A DNA stretch of 64,000 nucleotides, from the NCBI GenBank assembly GCA_043825875.1, contig JBDRRF010000116.1, positions 1 through 64,000 on the forward strand, given 5' to 3'. Position 1 is the first letter of the stretch, and each line of letters begins with the position of its first letter. This stretch comes from Pseudomonadota bacterium. GTDB taxonomy: Bacteria > Desulfobacterota > Desulfobacteria > Desulfobacterales > RPRI01. Below the pieces are notes generated by a model, which ran no database searches, had not been told where the DNA came from, and saw nothing but the letters and a program-made list of their open reading frames with translations. This document shows positions 20,183 to 30,668 of the stretch, piece after piece. Both the position numbers and the translations under genes were made by a program.

Positions 20183-21526
20183 TTAAAAATTACCGGACTC
20201 CAGTTTTTGACAAAAAAGTTCAACTTGTTTTTTTAAAGCACCATTCTCTTTGACACCCCTTTCAATAACGCCTATTGAGTGTAGGGCCGTTGCATGATAT
20301 TTGTTGAAACTTTTTCCGATTGTCTGTAAAGGTGAGTCAGTATAGCGGCGGGCAAGATAAATTGCAATCTGCCTGGGACGCATAACTGCCTGCTTGCGGG
20401 AATTTGAGATTAAATCTCTTAATGCAATATTAAAATACTTGCAAACAAGTTTCTTTATTACTTCAATTGTGATGTTTTTCTTTCTTTGAACAATATTTTT
20501 AACTACGACTTCGGCAAGTTCATGATCTATAGGTACTCCCATAAGAGATGATCTTGCGGTTATACCAATCAGTCCGCTTTCAAGCTGGCGCACATCATCT
20601 GTTAGTTCGCTTGCAAGATAATTAATTATATCCTCTTTTATCTGATAACCGTTAGAAAGCATTTTCTTTTGAAGGATTCGTACCCTTGTTCTGAAATTAG
20701 GGGGTTCAATAGCCGAAATGATTCCGTAAGAAAAACGAGATTTTAATTTATCATTCAGCTTAGGGATATCACCTGGAAGATAACAACTTGAAAATATAAT
20801 TTTTTTATCGGCATCAAGAAGACTGTCAAGAGTTAAGGCAAGCTCTGTCTGTGTACGCTCTTTTCCGCTTAAAAAATGCACATCCTCTAAAAGCAGGATA
20901 TCACATTCCTTTCTATATTTTCCTTTGAACTTATTAAACGAATCTGTTTTAAATGACTGGACCATTTCATTGCTGAAATCTTCGGCAGTAAGATAACAAA
21001 CACGTTCTGCAGGGTATTGTGAGATAATGTGGTGACCCACAGCCTGTGAAAGATGGCTCTTGCCCATTCCGGTCTTTGATAATAGAAAAAGACAATTCTG
21101 CTGAGATTTTTTCTTCGAGGCAAGAGAAAGGGAGGCTGTAAAAGCAAATTCGTTGTTTCCACCCACAACAAAATGATCAAAAGTAAAGTCCTTTCTTAAA
21201 AACCTGCCGGAATGAGGCCTGATACTTTCAGTTGGAAGCTGTAGTTGAATGTTTTTTGGCACTTTTTCCAACCTGGTTTTTTGCCACCTTTTAGAAACTT
21301 CTATCATGAATGTGTTGTCTTCTCCTGAAATCTTCTTTAATTCCGATAGAATCAAAGAGCCATAATTATCCTGGGCTCTTTTTTGGGAAAAATGGTTTGG
21401 GGCCGAAAGAACCATCACACCATTTTGAACTCCGCTAAACTCAAGAGGTTCTATCCACATTCTGTACGAGTGCCCGGGAATAGTTGTCTTAATCGCAGTC
21501 TTGATTGAATTCCAGATAGCTTCCAT
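20183..21526 (-). CDS. dnaA: DnaA-family protein, probably a second divergent paralog
   Basis: Domain I (WIEPL), FTFDHFVVGGNN, KTGMGKSH, LLEDVHFL, SRF, VRQLES, domain IV RPRQIAIYLAR; no dnaN next to it. Confidence 0.85.
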   Translation of the reverse strand: MEAIWNSIKTAIKTTIPGHSYRMWIEPLEFSGVQNGVMVLSAPNHFSQKRAQDNYGSLILSELKKISGEDNTFMIEVSKRWQKTRLEKVPKNIQLQLPTESIRPHSGRFLRKDFTFDHFVVGGNNEFAFTASLSLASKKKSQQNCLFLLSKTGMGKSHLSQAVGHHIISQYPAERVCYLTAEDFSNEMVQSFKTDSFNKFKGKYRKECDILLLEDVHFLSGKERTQTELALTLDSLLDADKKIIFSSCYLPGDIPKLNDKLKSRFSYGIISAIEPPNFRTRVRILQKKMLSNGYQIKEDIINYLASELTDDVRQLESGLIGITARSSLMGVPIDHELAEVVVKNIVQRKKNITIEVIKKLVCKYFNIALRDLISNSRKQAVMRPRQIAIYLARRYTDSPLQTIGKSFNKYHATALHSIGVIERGVKENGALKKQVELFCQKLESGNF

Positions 21527-22091
21527 AAAAATAATTTTCCAAATTTTAGTTGAAAACCTGATTAACCTGCTTACCGAAGAGACCTTTTTTACAATAAATT
21601 GGCAGTAACTAATAAGACGAAACGAATAGTAAACTTAGTTTCGAGATCTTTATTAGTGCATCAAATCAGCAATGTCAAACCGGATAAAAACTGAATTCAG
21701 AATGTTTTTTTACAAGTTGTTAACAATTTATATCTATTTGATATAAATAAATATATATTATAGGGGCAAGCAAATTCCTTTAACTTCAAACCTTTTTACA
21801 TTCGCTGCTTTTTCTCTTACATTTTAAGTATATCGACATATTTTTTGAATAACAAAACACCAACGGACTATTATTAATATCTCGCAAATGCTCCGATTAC
21901 CTTTTATTATTTATCATAATCGGCTTTGAAGAATTAATATAGTATTTACCCTTGGAAATTGTTGAAAAAGAATTTTTCCTATGTAGTATTATAATTAATT
22001 AATAAACTCCAATTTAGCCCATAAATGGGCTGAAAGCATATAAACACTGGTCTGGAGTAGATAATATCCAACAATAAACTAAGGAGTCTTT

Positions 22092-23105
22092 GTGAAAAAT
22101 CATAGGCCTTTGATAGGAATAACCGCGGGAGATCCGGCAGGCATAGGACCTGAAATTATATTAGCTGCACTAAGTCATCCGTCTCTTTACAAATTGTACC
22201 GGCCTTTTGTAATAGGGGATATGGCAGTAATTGAAACCGCAAAAAAAGTCATAAACAGCTCTATAGAATTAAACCGTATTTCAAATCCTTGCCTGGGCAA
22301 ATACCAGACCGGAGTAATTGACCTGCTTTGTATTTCCGAACTGGATTTTAATGAAAATTCATGGGCAAAGCCCACAATACAGACAGGTAAAGCCATGGTA
22401 GAGTATATCATAAAAGCAACCGATATGGCGTTAAACAAAGAGATATCAGGAATCGTGACATGCCCGATAAACAAAAAGATCATGCAGCTTGCCGGGTTTG
22501 ATTATAACGGCCACACGGAACTTATAGCCGAGCGCACAGGAACCAAAGATTTTGTCATGATGATGGCTGGGGATAAACTTAAAGTATCCCTTGTGACAAT
22601 CCATATGCCCTTAAAAAACGTTTCGGATGCCATTTCAATAGAAAGTGTTTTTACAACTATAAAGATAACGGGAGAAGCTCTTATAAAACGCTTCGGTATC
22701 AAATCACCAAAAATTGCCGTTGCAGGGCTTAACCCTCACGCAGGAGAAAGTGGTATATTCGGTAATGAAGAAAATGATATTATAATACCCGCAATAGAAA
22801 AATCAGTTAAAGAAGGATTTAACGTATCAGGTCCTTTTCCGCCTGATACCATATTTTATAATGCATTAAGCACAAATTATGATGCTGTTATATCTATGTA
22901 TCATGACCAGGGACTTATTCCTTTCAAAATGGTGCATTTTAAAGATGGGGTCAACACGACTCTTGGGATTCCGATTGTAAGAACTTCAGTTGATCATGGA
23001 ACCGCCTATGATATAGCCGGAAAAGGTAAAGCCGATCCAGGCAGCCTGATCGCAGCAATAAAAATGGCTGCATATCAGGCAAACTGCATGCAAAAAGGTG
23101 TATAA
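22092..23105 (+). CDS. pdxA: 4-hydroxythreonine-4-phosphate dehydrogenase
   Basis: GDPAGIGPE, GHTE, GLNPHAGE, MYHDQGLIP, RTSVDHGTAYDIAGKG. Confidence 0.95.
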   Translation: MKNHRPLIGITAGDPAGIGPEIILAALSHPSLYKLYRPFVIGDMAVIETAKKVINSSIELNRISNPCLGKYQTGVIDLLCISELDFNENSWAKPTIQTGKAMVEYIIKATDMALNKEISGIVTCPINKKIMQLAGFDYNGHTELIAERTGTKDFVMMMAGDKLKVSLVTIHMPLKNVSDAISIESVFTTIKITGEALIKRFGIKSPKIAVAGLNPHAGESGIFGNEENDIIIPAIEKSVKEGFNVSGPFPPDTIFYNALSTNYDAVISMYHDQGLIPFKMVHFKDGVNTTLGIPIVRTSVDHGTAYDIAGKGKADPGSLIAAIKMAAYQANCMQKGV

Positions 23106-23115
23106 GGATTCTTAA

Positions 23116-25950
23116 ATGGGTTTTGATAAAATAATAGTAAGAGGAGCAAGACAGCATAATCTTAAAAATATCGATGTTGAGCTGCCAAGAAACAAGCTTG
23201 TTGTAATAACAGGGCTTTCAGGTTCAGGCAAATCAACTCTCGCCTTTGATACTTTGTATGCAGAAGGACAACGCAGATATGTCGAATCTCTTTCGACTTA
23301 TGCCCGTCAGTTTTTAGAGCGTATGGATAAACCTGATGTTGATACAATAGAAGGACTTTCTCCTGCAATCGCGATAGAACAGAAAACCGCAAGTCATAAT
23401 CCCAGATCAACTGTTGGAACTGTTACTGAAATATATGACTACCTCAGGCTTCTTTATTCCACAATAGGTACAGCCCATTGTTATATCTGTCAGAAACCGA
23501 TTACATCTCAATCCCTTGATCAAATAGCAGACAAGATAATGTCACTGCCGGACGGAACCAAAATTACCATTTTATCTCCTCTGGTTTCAGGTCAAAAGGG
23601 ATCTTATGAAAAGCTTTTAAAACAGCTTAGAAAAAATGGTTTCTCAAGGGTTAAGATAGACGGGAAGATATATGAAATTGAAGAAGTACAAAAGCTGGAT
23701 AAAAACATTAAACACACAATAGACGTTATTATTGACAGGCTGGTAATTAAAAAAGGGATCAGAAACAGGCTTGCAGATTCTCTGGAACTTGCGATGTCGC
23801 AATCCGAAGGACTTGTTACCATTGATATCCAGGGAGGAGAACCGATACTTTTTAGTGAAAAATCCGCTTGTATCACATGCGGAATAAGCTATCCCGAATT
23901 TACCCCTGCGAGTTTTTCCTTTAATTCTCCGCAGGGTGCATGCAGTAAATGCGATGGGCTGGGGACAACCCCGGAATTTGATCCTGATCTGATTATTCCA
24001 AATAAGGAACTTTCTTTGCGACAAGGCACTGTTGCTATCTGGGCTAATCGAAATTCCTTACAATTCAATGAATTTTTAGATGGTCTTACAAAACATTATA
24101 ACGTAAATATATATACCCCATATAAAGATCTTCCGGATGAATTTAAAAATATATTGCTGTACGGTTCAGGGAACGTACAGATAGAATTCTTTTTCGAACA
24201 GGATAACCGCCGCTTCAGTTATAAAAAAACTTTTGAAGGAATTATCCCTAAACTTCAAAGGCAATATATAGAAAGTGATTCAAACCAGACAAGAGAAGAT
24301 ATCCGGGAGTATATGATTTTTCATCCATGCCCTGAATGCCACGGGGCAAGATTAAACAAGGCAAGCAGATCCGTAAGAATCGGGAAAGCTTCTATATCTG
24401 AAATAACCGCACTTTCAGTTTCAAAAGCAGCAACTTTTTTTAATAATCTTAAGCTTGAAGAAAAAAAAGAAACAATTGCAAAAAGAATTATAAAAGAGAT
24501 AAGAGAGCGGCTTGCTTTTCTTGAAAACGTCGGGCTTTCCTATCTTACGCTCGACAGATCTGCATATACCCTTTCAGGCGGAGAAAGCCAGAGAATCAGG
24601 CTTGCCACACAGATAGGATCGAAACTTACAGGTGTCCTTTATGTACTGGATGAACCAAGTATCGGATTACACCAGAGAGATAACTTAAGACTTCTTTCTT
24701 CTCTTTTAAATATGCGTGATCTTGGCAATACGGTTCTTGTTGTCGAGCACGATGAAGAGACAATTCTCTCATCAGATTTTGTTATAGACATGGGGCCAGG
24801 AGCAGGTGTTAACGGCGGTAAAGTAGTGTTTTCCGGTACTCCCGATATGCTTGTAAAAGATGATAATTCTTTAACCGGCCAATATCTTTCAGGGCGCAGG
24901 CAAATTGAAGTGCCGGATAAGCGACGAAAAGGAAACGGCGGAAAAATAATCATAAAAGGTGCTTCGGAAAATAATCTTAAAAATATCGATGCCGAATTTC
25001 CGCTCGGCAAATTCATATGCGTTACCGGAGTATCAGGATCAGGCAAATCCACTCTTGTGCTTGAAACGCTAAATAACATTTTATCCCGTAAGGTTTTTAA
25101 CGCAAGGATAAAAGTTGGCGAACACTCACAAGCACTTGGGCTTGAACATATAGACAAGGTTATAAATATAGACCAATCTCCTATAGGAAGAACTCCAAGA
25201 TCAAATCCGGGAACCTATACAGGTCTTTTCACATATATAAGGGAGCTTTTATCAAGAACTCCTGATGCCCGTATGAGAGGCTATAAACCGGGCAGATTCA
25301 GCTTTAATGTTAAAGGAGGAAGATGCGAATCATGCAGCGGAGACGGCATAATAAAAATTGAAATGCATTTTCTGCCGGATGTTTACGTAACTTGCGATGT
25401 CTGTCATGGAAAAAGATATAACCGTGAAACCCTTGAGGTGGAGTATAAAGGAAAAAATATAGCGGCTGTCCTTGACATGACTGTAAATCAGGGCATTGTT
25501 TTTTTCGATAGAATAAAAAATATAAAAACAAAACTTACAACATTAGCAGATGTCGGACTTGGATACATAAAAATAGGCCAGCCTGCAACAACTCTTTCCG
25601 GAGGTGAGGCTCAGAGGGTAAAACTTTCACGGGAGCTTAGCAAAAAAGGAACCGGCAGAACCGTTTATATCCTTGACGAACCCACTACAGGTCTTCATGT
25701 AGATGATATACAAAAACTTCTTAATGTATTAAACAGGCTTGTTGATTCCGGAAACACCGTTATAGTGATAGAGCATAACTTAGATGTTATAAAGACTGCC
25801 GATCATATTATAGATCTCGGGCCGGAGGGAGGAGATGAAGGTGGTTATATTGTCGGTACCGGCACACCTGAAGAAGTATCCAAAAACAGAAAATCCTATA
25901 CCGGGCAATATTTAAAAAAGATTCTCAATAAAAAAACAAACTATATTTAG
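23116..25950 (+). CDS. uvrA: Excinuclease ABC subunit A
   Basis: GARQHNLKN, two Walker A motifs ([16 protein letters not shown]), LSGGE twice, zinc fingers. Confidence 0.98.
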   Translation: MGFDKIIVRGARQHNLKNIDVELPRNKLVVITGLSGSGKSTLAFDTLYAEGQRRYVESLSTYARQFLERMDKPDVDTIEGLSPAIAIEQKTASHNPRSTVGTVTEIYDYLRLLYSTIGTAHCYICQKPITSQSLDQIADKIMSLPDGTKITILSPLVSGQKGSYEKLLKQLRKNGFSRVKIDGKIYEIEEVQKLDKNIKHTIDVIIDRLVIKKGIRNRLADSLELAMSQSEGLVTIDIQGGEPILFSEKSACITCGISYPEFTPASFSFNSPQGACSKCDGLGTTPEFDPDLIIPNKELSLRQGTVAIWANRNSLQFNEFLDGLTKHYNVNIYTPYKDLPDEFKNILLYGSGNVQIEFFFEQDNRRFSYKKTFEGIIPKLQRQYIESDSNQTREDIREYMIFHPCPECHGARLNKASRSVRIGKASISEITALSVSKAATFFNNLKLEEKKETIAKRIIKEIRERLAFLENVGLSYLTLDRSAYTLSGGESQRIRLATQIGSKLTGVLYVLDEPSIGLHQRDNLRLLSSLLNMRDLGNTVLVVEHDEETILSSDFVIDMGPGAGVNGGKVVFSGTPDMLVKDDNSLTGQYLSGRRQIEVPDKRRKGNGGKIIIKGASENNLKNIDAEFPLGKFICVTGVSGSGKSTLVLETLNNILSRKVFNARIKVGEHSQALGLEHIDKVINIDQSPIGRTPRSNPGTYTGLFTYIRELLSRTPDARMRGYKPGRFSFNVKGGRCESCSGDGIIKIEMHFLPDVYVTCDVCHGKRYNRETLEVEYKGKNIAAVLDMTVNQGIVFFDRIKNIKTKLTTLADVGLGYIKIGQPATTLSGGEAQRVKLSRELSKKGTGRTVYILDEPTTGLHVDDIQKLLNVLNRLVDSGNTVIVIEHNLDVIKTADHIIDLGPEGGDEGGYIVGTGTPEEVSKNRKSYTGQYLKKILNKKTNYI

Positions 25951-25954
25951 CAAG

Positions 25955-25998
25955 AAATAAAACAGGGCTGTGTCTTATGACACAGCCCTGTTTTATTT
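25955..25998. terminator. Bidirectional intrinsic terminator between convergent uvrA and atpE
   Basis: AAATAAAACAGGGCTGTGTC-TTAT-GACACAGCCCTGTTTTATTT perfect inverted repeat with A/T tails on both sides. Confidence 0.9.
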
Positions 25999-26016
25999 TA
26001 AACCGTAATTCTTTTA

Positions 26017-26307
26017 TTAATGTGCAACAGCGGCAAAAAGTTTTGCAATAGCTTCTGCCTGTGGATGCGCATAAATAAGAATAAGCGCAACTACAAGCGC
26101 ATAGATACAAAGAGATTCGATCATAGCAAGACCGATCAGCAATGTAACTGTAACTTTTCCTGATGATTCAGGGTTTCTTGCAATACCTTCAACAGCGGCT
26201 TTAAGGCCAAGGCCCTGAGCAATACCACAAAATGAAGCTGCAATAGCAAGACCGAAACCGGCTGCTGTAACACATGCGATAAAGAAATTTAATGCTTGAA
26301 CTTCCAT
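26017..26307 (-). CDS. atpE: F0 ATP synthase subunit c
   Basis: GIAQG, IARNPE loop, [10 protein letters not shown]. Confidence 0.96.
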   Translation of the reverse strand: MEVQALNFFIACVTAAGFGLAIAASFCGIAQGLGLKAAVEGIARNPESSGKVTVTLLIGLAMIESLCIYALVVALILIYAHPQAEAIAKLFAAVAH

Positions 26308-26385
26308 AATAAACTACCTCCTTTTTAGATTTTTACTTAGCTTCTTCCATTGTCCCATAAAACAATTTTATTTTATTCCAGCAAA

Positions 26386-27072
26386 TTAATGGGCGTGTTC
26401 CATTGCGCTGGAAAAATACATTATTGAAAGCAAAAAGAAAACAAATGCCTGAACTAGGGCGACAAAAATCCCAAGGCCCATAATCGGAAGCGGCCCAAAG
26501 AAAAGCCCTGCAAGTCCGAAAAGAATTCCAAGCACCAGTTCGTGTCCCATCATGTTACCAAAAAGACGGAATGAAAGAGACAGAATTCTGGCAGCATGTC
26601 CTATAAGTTCAATAGGAAACACTATAGGAACCATCCACCATACAGGCCCGAGAAAGTGCTTAATATATTTCGCACCATGATACTTAACACCTATAATGTG
26701 GGTAAATATTACTACTGTAAGAGCGCACGAGCCTGTAGTATTTAAGTCTGCCGTTGGGGGGAAAAATCCGGGAACCAAGCCTATAAGGTTACAGGCAAAA
26801 ATATAAATAAACACTGTTGCCGCAAGCGGAAAAAGCCAGCGGCCTTCTTCGCCCGTAACATCAACCATAAATTCCTCAATGCCTGAAATAAGAATTTCAA
26901 AAACATTCTGAGCTTTTCCAGGGATCATTTTGACACCCTTTGCTCCTAAAGCTCCAAGAGCAAGAAGCAGAATCATAACCACCCATGAATAAATAATATG
27001 CTTGTACGCGAAAGCCTGTTCAAAGCCGATAGCCTCAAATAATTTAACAAAAAACATATAGGGATGTGCCAC
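26386..27072 (-). CDS. atpB: F0 ATP synthase subunit a
   Basis: NLIGLVPG, PTADLNTT, SLSFRLFGNM, QAFVF; GTG at 27072 after AGGAGG. Confidence 0.95.
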   Translation of the reverse strand: MAHPYMFFVKLFEAIGFEQAFAYKHIIYSWVVMILLLALGALGAKGVKMIPGKAQNVFEILISGIEEFMVDVTGEEGRWLFPLAATVFIYIFACNLIGLVPGFFPPTADLNTTGSCALTVVIFTHIIGVKYHGAKYIKHFLGPVWWMVPIVFPIELIGHAARILSLSFRLFGNMMGHELVLGILFGLAGLFFGPLPIMGLGIFVALVQAFVFFLLSIMYFSSAMEHAH

Positions 27073-27073
27073 C

Positions 27074-27460
27074 TTAAATTGCCTCCTTGAAAATAAGTTT
27101 CTTAAATTCCAGAATGGCTGCAATCATAATGCTTGCCACCACAACGGACAAACCGATAAAAAGACCCAGGGGATTAACATAATGCCCGGATATCAATATA
27201 AATATAATAACCCCGCTTACCGCAAAACGTACATAGTACTTGGCTAAAACAACATTGTGCGAAGCAAGGTGCGGAGGTGTAAGTGATTTTTTGAGTGTCT
27301 TATACAGCAGATGAAAATTTATTGTAACAATAAGCCCCCCCGATATTATTCCGATTGCAAACTTAGGAGAAGCAAACAGATATCCTAAGATACTTACAAG
27401 ACAAAAAAGTATCCAGTTTGTTCTAACAACAAATTTCAGAAGGTTCTGTTGTAATTTCAC
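27074..27460 (-). CDS. atpI: ATP synthase subunit I
   Basis: Four-TM protein with KYYVRF motif, directly upstream of atpB. Confidence 0.85.
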   Translation of the reverse strand: MKLQQNLLKFVVRTNWILFCLVSILGYLFASPKFAIGIISGGLIVTINFHLLYKTLKKSLTPPHLASHNVVLAKYYVRFAVSGVIIFILISGHYVNPLGLFIGLSVVVASIMIAAILEFKKLIFKEAI

Positions 27461-27696
27461 TTTACATCTCTTTCCTGTGAAATCTTTTCACTTTTTTTTA
27501 TTGCAAGCCAGATATTTCTAAATCCGGCTACAACACCAAGCCCAAGAAATATAAGCGTAAGCCAAGGGTAAAGCTCAAATCGCTTGTCAAGATATACACC
27601 AATTCCAAGTCCTATAACTATAGAAAACGCCACCTGAAAACCAAGACTACTGTAATATGCAAGCTCCCCCATGTAACGTCTTGTTTCTCTTTTCAT
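27457..27696 (-). CDS. atpZ: AtpZ/AtpI family small membrane protein
   Basis: GVYLDKRF..YPWLTLIFLGLG; first gene of the atp operon. Confidence 0.82.
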   Translation of the reverse strand: MKRETRRYMGELAYYSSLGFQVAFSIVIGLGIGVYLDKRFELYPWLTLIFLGLGVVAGFRNIWLAIKKSEKISQERDVK

Positions 27697-27828
27697 TATA
27701 AACCGAAACGCTCTCTATTTATAAGATCTTTCCAACTCTAAAAAGCCGGAATATTAAGTCCTCTAACTTATGTAGAGCTGTTGCCCACTAACATATGATT
27801 TTAACCAAGTCAATGCAAAAAGATTGCC

Positions 27829-28629
27829 CTACTTAAACTTTAAATCTATTGCATCAAAAACAGGCCCGTCTTTGCATACATGAAGATACCTGGTATTATC
27901 CTTTCCTTCCAATGCACACCCAAGACATGCCCCTATTCCGCATGCCATCAGACTTTCCATAGAAACCTGACACGGCACCTCATGCTCATTTGCTATAACT
28001 GCAAGAGATTTAAGCATTTCAGGTGGGCCACACGCAAAAATAACTTCGGGACAGCTTTCTGCCAATGCAGATTCAACAGATTTCGTAATAAAACAGGCTT
28101 CTCCACAACTTCCGTCATCTGTTGTAACCATAACTTCAAGTCCGAGATTATCAAAATCATCCCTGCACAAAATGCACTCTTTTGTTCTTGCACCATGAAA
28201 TATTTTTATATCAAAGGGATTAACATGTTTTTTCTCTATAAGATATGAACTTAAATAACGCATCGGGGCAACACCTATGCCTCCTGCCACAATAAATATT
28301 TTGCTGTAATTTTGTGCTAAATCAAACCCTTTACCGAGCGGTCCCATAACATCAATTAATTCATCGGCTTTAATTTCCGAAAGCCTTCCGGTAAATTCTC
28401 CAACCGATTCGTATAAAATTTCAAGACATTTCCCACTATCATTGTTTTCAGTGATATTGTGAACTGAAAAAGGCCGGCGGAGAAAGGGCGTAATAACGCT
28501 TGTTAAGCGAAGCATAACAAACTGCCCCGGCAAAGCTACAGACAAATCTGTGCCGCAATCCAGCCCGATTTTATAATACGAAGGACCTATTTTTTTGTTC
28601 CATCGTACCTGAACTTTTCCTAAAAACAT
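27829..28629 (-). CDS. pyrK: Dihydroorotate dehydrogenase electron transfer subunit
   Basis: PGQFVM, LRRPFS, AGGIGVAP, CGP, MACGIGACLGC, CKDGPVF. Confidence 0.88.
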   Translation of the reverse strand: MFLGKVQVRWNKKIGPSYYKIGLDCGTDLSVALPGQFVMLRLTSVITPFLRRPFSVHNITENNDSGKCLEILYESVGEFTGRLSEIKADELIDVMGPLGKGFDLAQNYSKIFIVAGGIGVAPMRYLSSYLIEKKHVNPFDIKIFHGARTKECILCRDDFDNLGLEVMVTTDDGSCGEACFITKSVESALAESCPEVIFACGPPEMLKSLAVIANEHEVPCQVSMESLMACGIGACLGCALEGKDNTRYLHVCKDGPVFDAIDLKFK

Positions 28630-28647
28630 AAGCCTGCTTTATTCTTG

Positions 28648-29406
28648 TTATTTAAGTCCTATAACCGTTGCCATTCTTCCGGTGGTTTTTTCTCCTCTGT
28701 ATGAATAATAAAGATCTTTATTACATTTTGTGCATATTCTGCAAGAATATATATTTTCAGGCATCACACCTGCATCAGAAAGCTGATCGGCACTAATGGC
28801 CCAAAAATCGAAGTTAAAGGCAAAATCCTTGTATTTCCAAAATTTTTCAGGAATATCTTTTTTATAGTTAATAAATTCGGCACAGCAGGGCCCAAGCGAA
28901 GGGCTTATGCCAGCCGATATATCAGACGGCCTGCAATTATAATTTTCTTCCATGGCATCTATTGTAGCACCTATTATGTTATTAATGCTTCCACGCCATC
29001 CTGAATGAATATTTGCAACCACCTGTTTGACAGAATCGAACAAAAGAACCGCCTGACAGTCTGCAATATTTATAACAAGCAGTTTATTACAAAGATCTGT
29101 TATCAGTGCGTCTCCGACTAATGGTGCTGTATCATTTGCTGATTTTTCCGAAATAACAACAACGTTTTTGTCGTGAACCTGCTTTGTAAAAACAAGCTTG
29201 CCATTATCCATGCAAATAGAAATAATTTTTCGATTTTGTTTCACATTTTCAGGATCATCCCCAACTGAGAAGCTAACATTAAGGCTGTCAAAAGATCCTT
29301 TGCTGAACCCGCCGTTTCTTGTAAAAATCCCATGCCTTAAATTGGGAAAAGGTACAAGATTAGGAAACCGGTAAAATGATATTCCATTTGCCTTTGTTAA
29401 AATCAA
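28648..29406 (-). CDS. pgeF: PgeF/YfiH laccase-domain protein
   Basis: TRNGG, QVH, ADCQAV, HSGWRG, CTKC, YSYR, GRM. Confidence 0.9.
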   Translation of the reverse strand: MILTKANGISFYRFPNLVPFPNLRHGIFTRNGGFSKGSFDSLNVSFSVGDDPENVKQNRKIISICMDNGKLVFTKQVHDKNVVVISEKSANDTAPLVGDALITDLCNKLLVINIADCQAVLLFDSVKQVVANIHSGWRGSINNIIGATIDAMEENYNCRPSDISAGISPSLGPCCAEFINYKKDIPEKFWKYKDFAFNFDFWAISADQLSDAGVMPENIYSCRICTKCNKDLYYSYRGEKTTGRMATVIGLK

Positions 29407-29452
29407 TTTAATCAGCCTAATACCTTTTTAATACTTAAATGACTTCACACCA

Positions 29453-29487
29453 TCAACCGTCAACCGTGAACTGTGAACCGTTAACCG
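29453..29487. repeat. Heptamer tandem repeat (TNAACYG x5) forming the rfaE2 3' end
   Basis: TCAACCG TCAACCG TGAACTG TGAACCG TTAACCG. Confidence 0.75.
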
Positions 29488-29968
29488 TCTTTTCTTTATA
29501 TACTTCCAGAATTTTTTTTATTATCGAAGAAGTCGATATCCCTGGCACCATGGAAACCCTTACAACTTTGCCACCATTAGCCTTTACAAAATCAGCTCCT
29601 ATAATATTTTCTTCCGCCCAATCGTTTCCTTTCACCAGGATATCAGGCAAAACATCTTTTATAAGATTCAAAGGATCAGGCTCATCAAAAAAAGTGACAT
29701 AATCAACACAGCTAAGACCCGAAAGCACTTCTGCTCTTAGCATCTGAGAAACTATGGGCCTTTTATCACCTTTTATAGACTTTACGGACTTATCCGAATT
29801 AAGACCAAGAACAAGAATATCCCCTTCTTTTTTTGCCGCAACAAGATATCTTACATGGCCGGCATGAAGAATATCGAAACAGCCGTTTGTGAAAACTATT
29901 TTCTTTCCGGCCTTTTTCAGGCGGTTTATCTCGCGGGCAAGTTCTTCTTGCGTTAATATTTTCTCCAT
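29453..29968 (-). CDS. rfaE2: D-glycero-beta-D-manno-heptose 1-phosphate adenylyltransferase
   Basis: FTNGCFDILHAGH, GLNSDKSV, KGDKRP, STSSII. Confidence 0.93.
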   Translation of the reverse strand: MEKILTQEELAREINRLKKAGKKIVFTNGCFDILHAGHVRYLVAAKKEGDILVLGLNSDKSVKSIKGDKRPIVSQMLRAEVLSGLSCVDYVTFFDEPDPLNLIKDVLPDILVKGNDWAEENIIGADFVKANGGKVVRVSMVPGISTSSIIKKILEVYKEKTVNGSQFTVDG

Positions 29969-30099
29969 CGGCCTCTCGTTTTGCAAATATATAATTTTTT
30001 ATTTTGTTACCACACTCACCTGTTATCAGCAACATCTAACTTCCCGCTTTTCCTGCAAAGCCCGAATGAAATTCCATTATGAAACAGCCGCGATTTCTT

Positions 30100-30270
30100 C
30101 GCTTTTGTTACCTTCACAGCATTCTTATGCAAAATAAATAATACAGACCCGGCATTCATCGCATTTTTATAATCTATTTTCAGGCTACCCCAGGCAGTCA
30201 AAGCATCATGAGGGCAAAAAGTTTGACACCATCCACACCCAACACAAGTTTCTTCATTAACGATCAACAT
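30100..30270 (-). pseudogene. Frameshifted 2x[4Fe-4S] ferredoxin (3' boundary approximate)
   Basis: First motif CVGCGWCQTFCP in frame; second motif CDECRVC lies in another frame just after an A5 run. Confidence 0.65.
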
Positions 30271-30668
30271 TTATCTTTCTCCCCTGATTAAAGGTATGCT
30301 TATCATTAAGCATAGAAATTTTTTTCAGAACTTCTTGACACAGAAAAAATAGATATTAATTTTATGAAAAAATGATGTCATTTCATTTTTGCATATTTTT
30401 CCTTTTATTTGATTTGGTGCTAATCAAGGCTAAAAAATGGAGGGCGAAACTATGACAATAAATTATCTGATTCCCTTCCATTAAGTCAAATAAAATAATA
30501 CAATTATTTATTTAACAATAACTTAGATATTTATCTTTGATTCTATATATCCGCATTTGTATGCTGCCGTGGATAAAAAAACGTAACAAAGCAAAAAGCG
30601 TGTTTTGCAAACCAGTAACAATGTGATCGAATAAAAAAACAACTTAATCAATGAAGGAGGGATAACAA

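Noticed and set aside
27474..27492. Rex-box-like TGTGAA...TTCAC in the atp operon
   Set aside because: Spacer is 5 rather than 4 and the site is inside atpZ coding sequence.
27829..28629. pyrK without adjacent pyrD
   Set aside because: Motifs are canonical and split pyrK/pyrD loci are not unusual; pyrD may lie outside the window.
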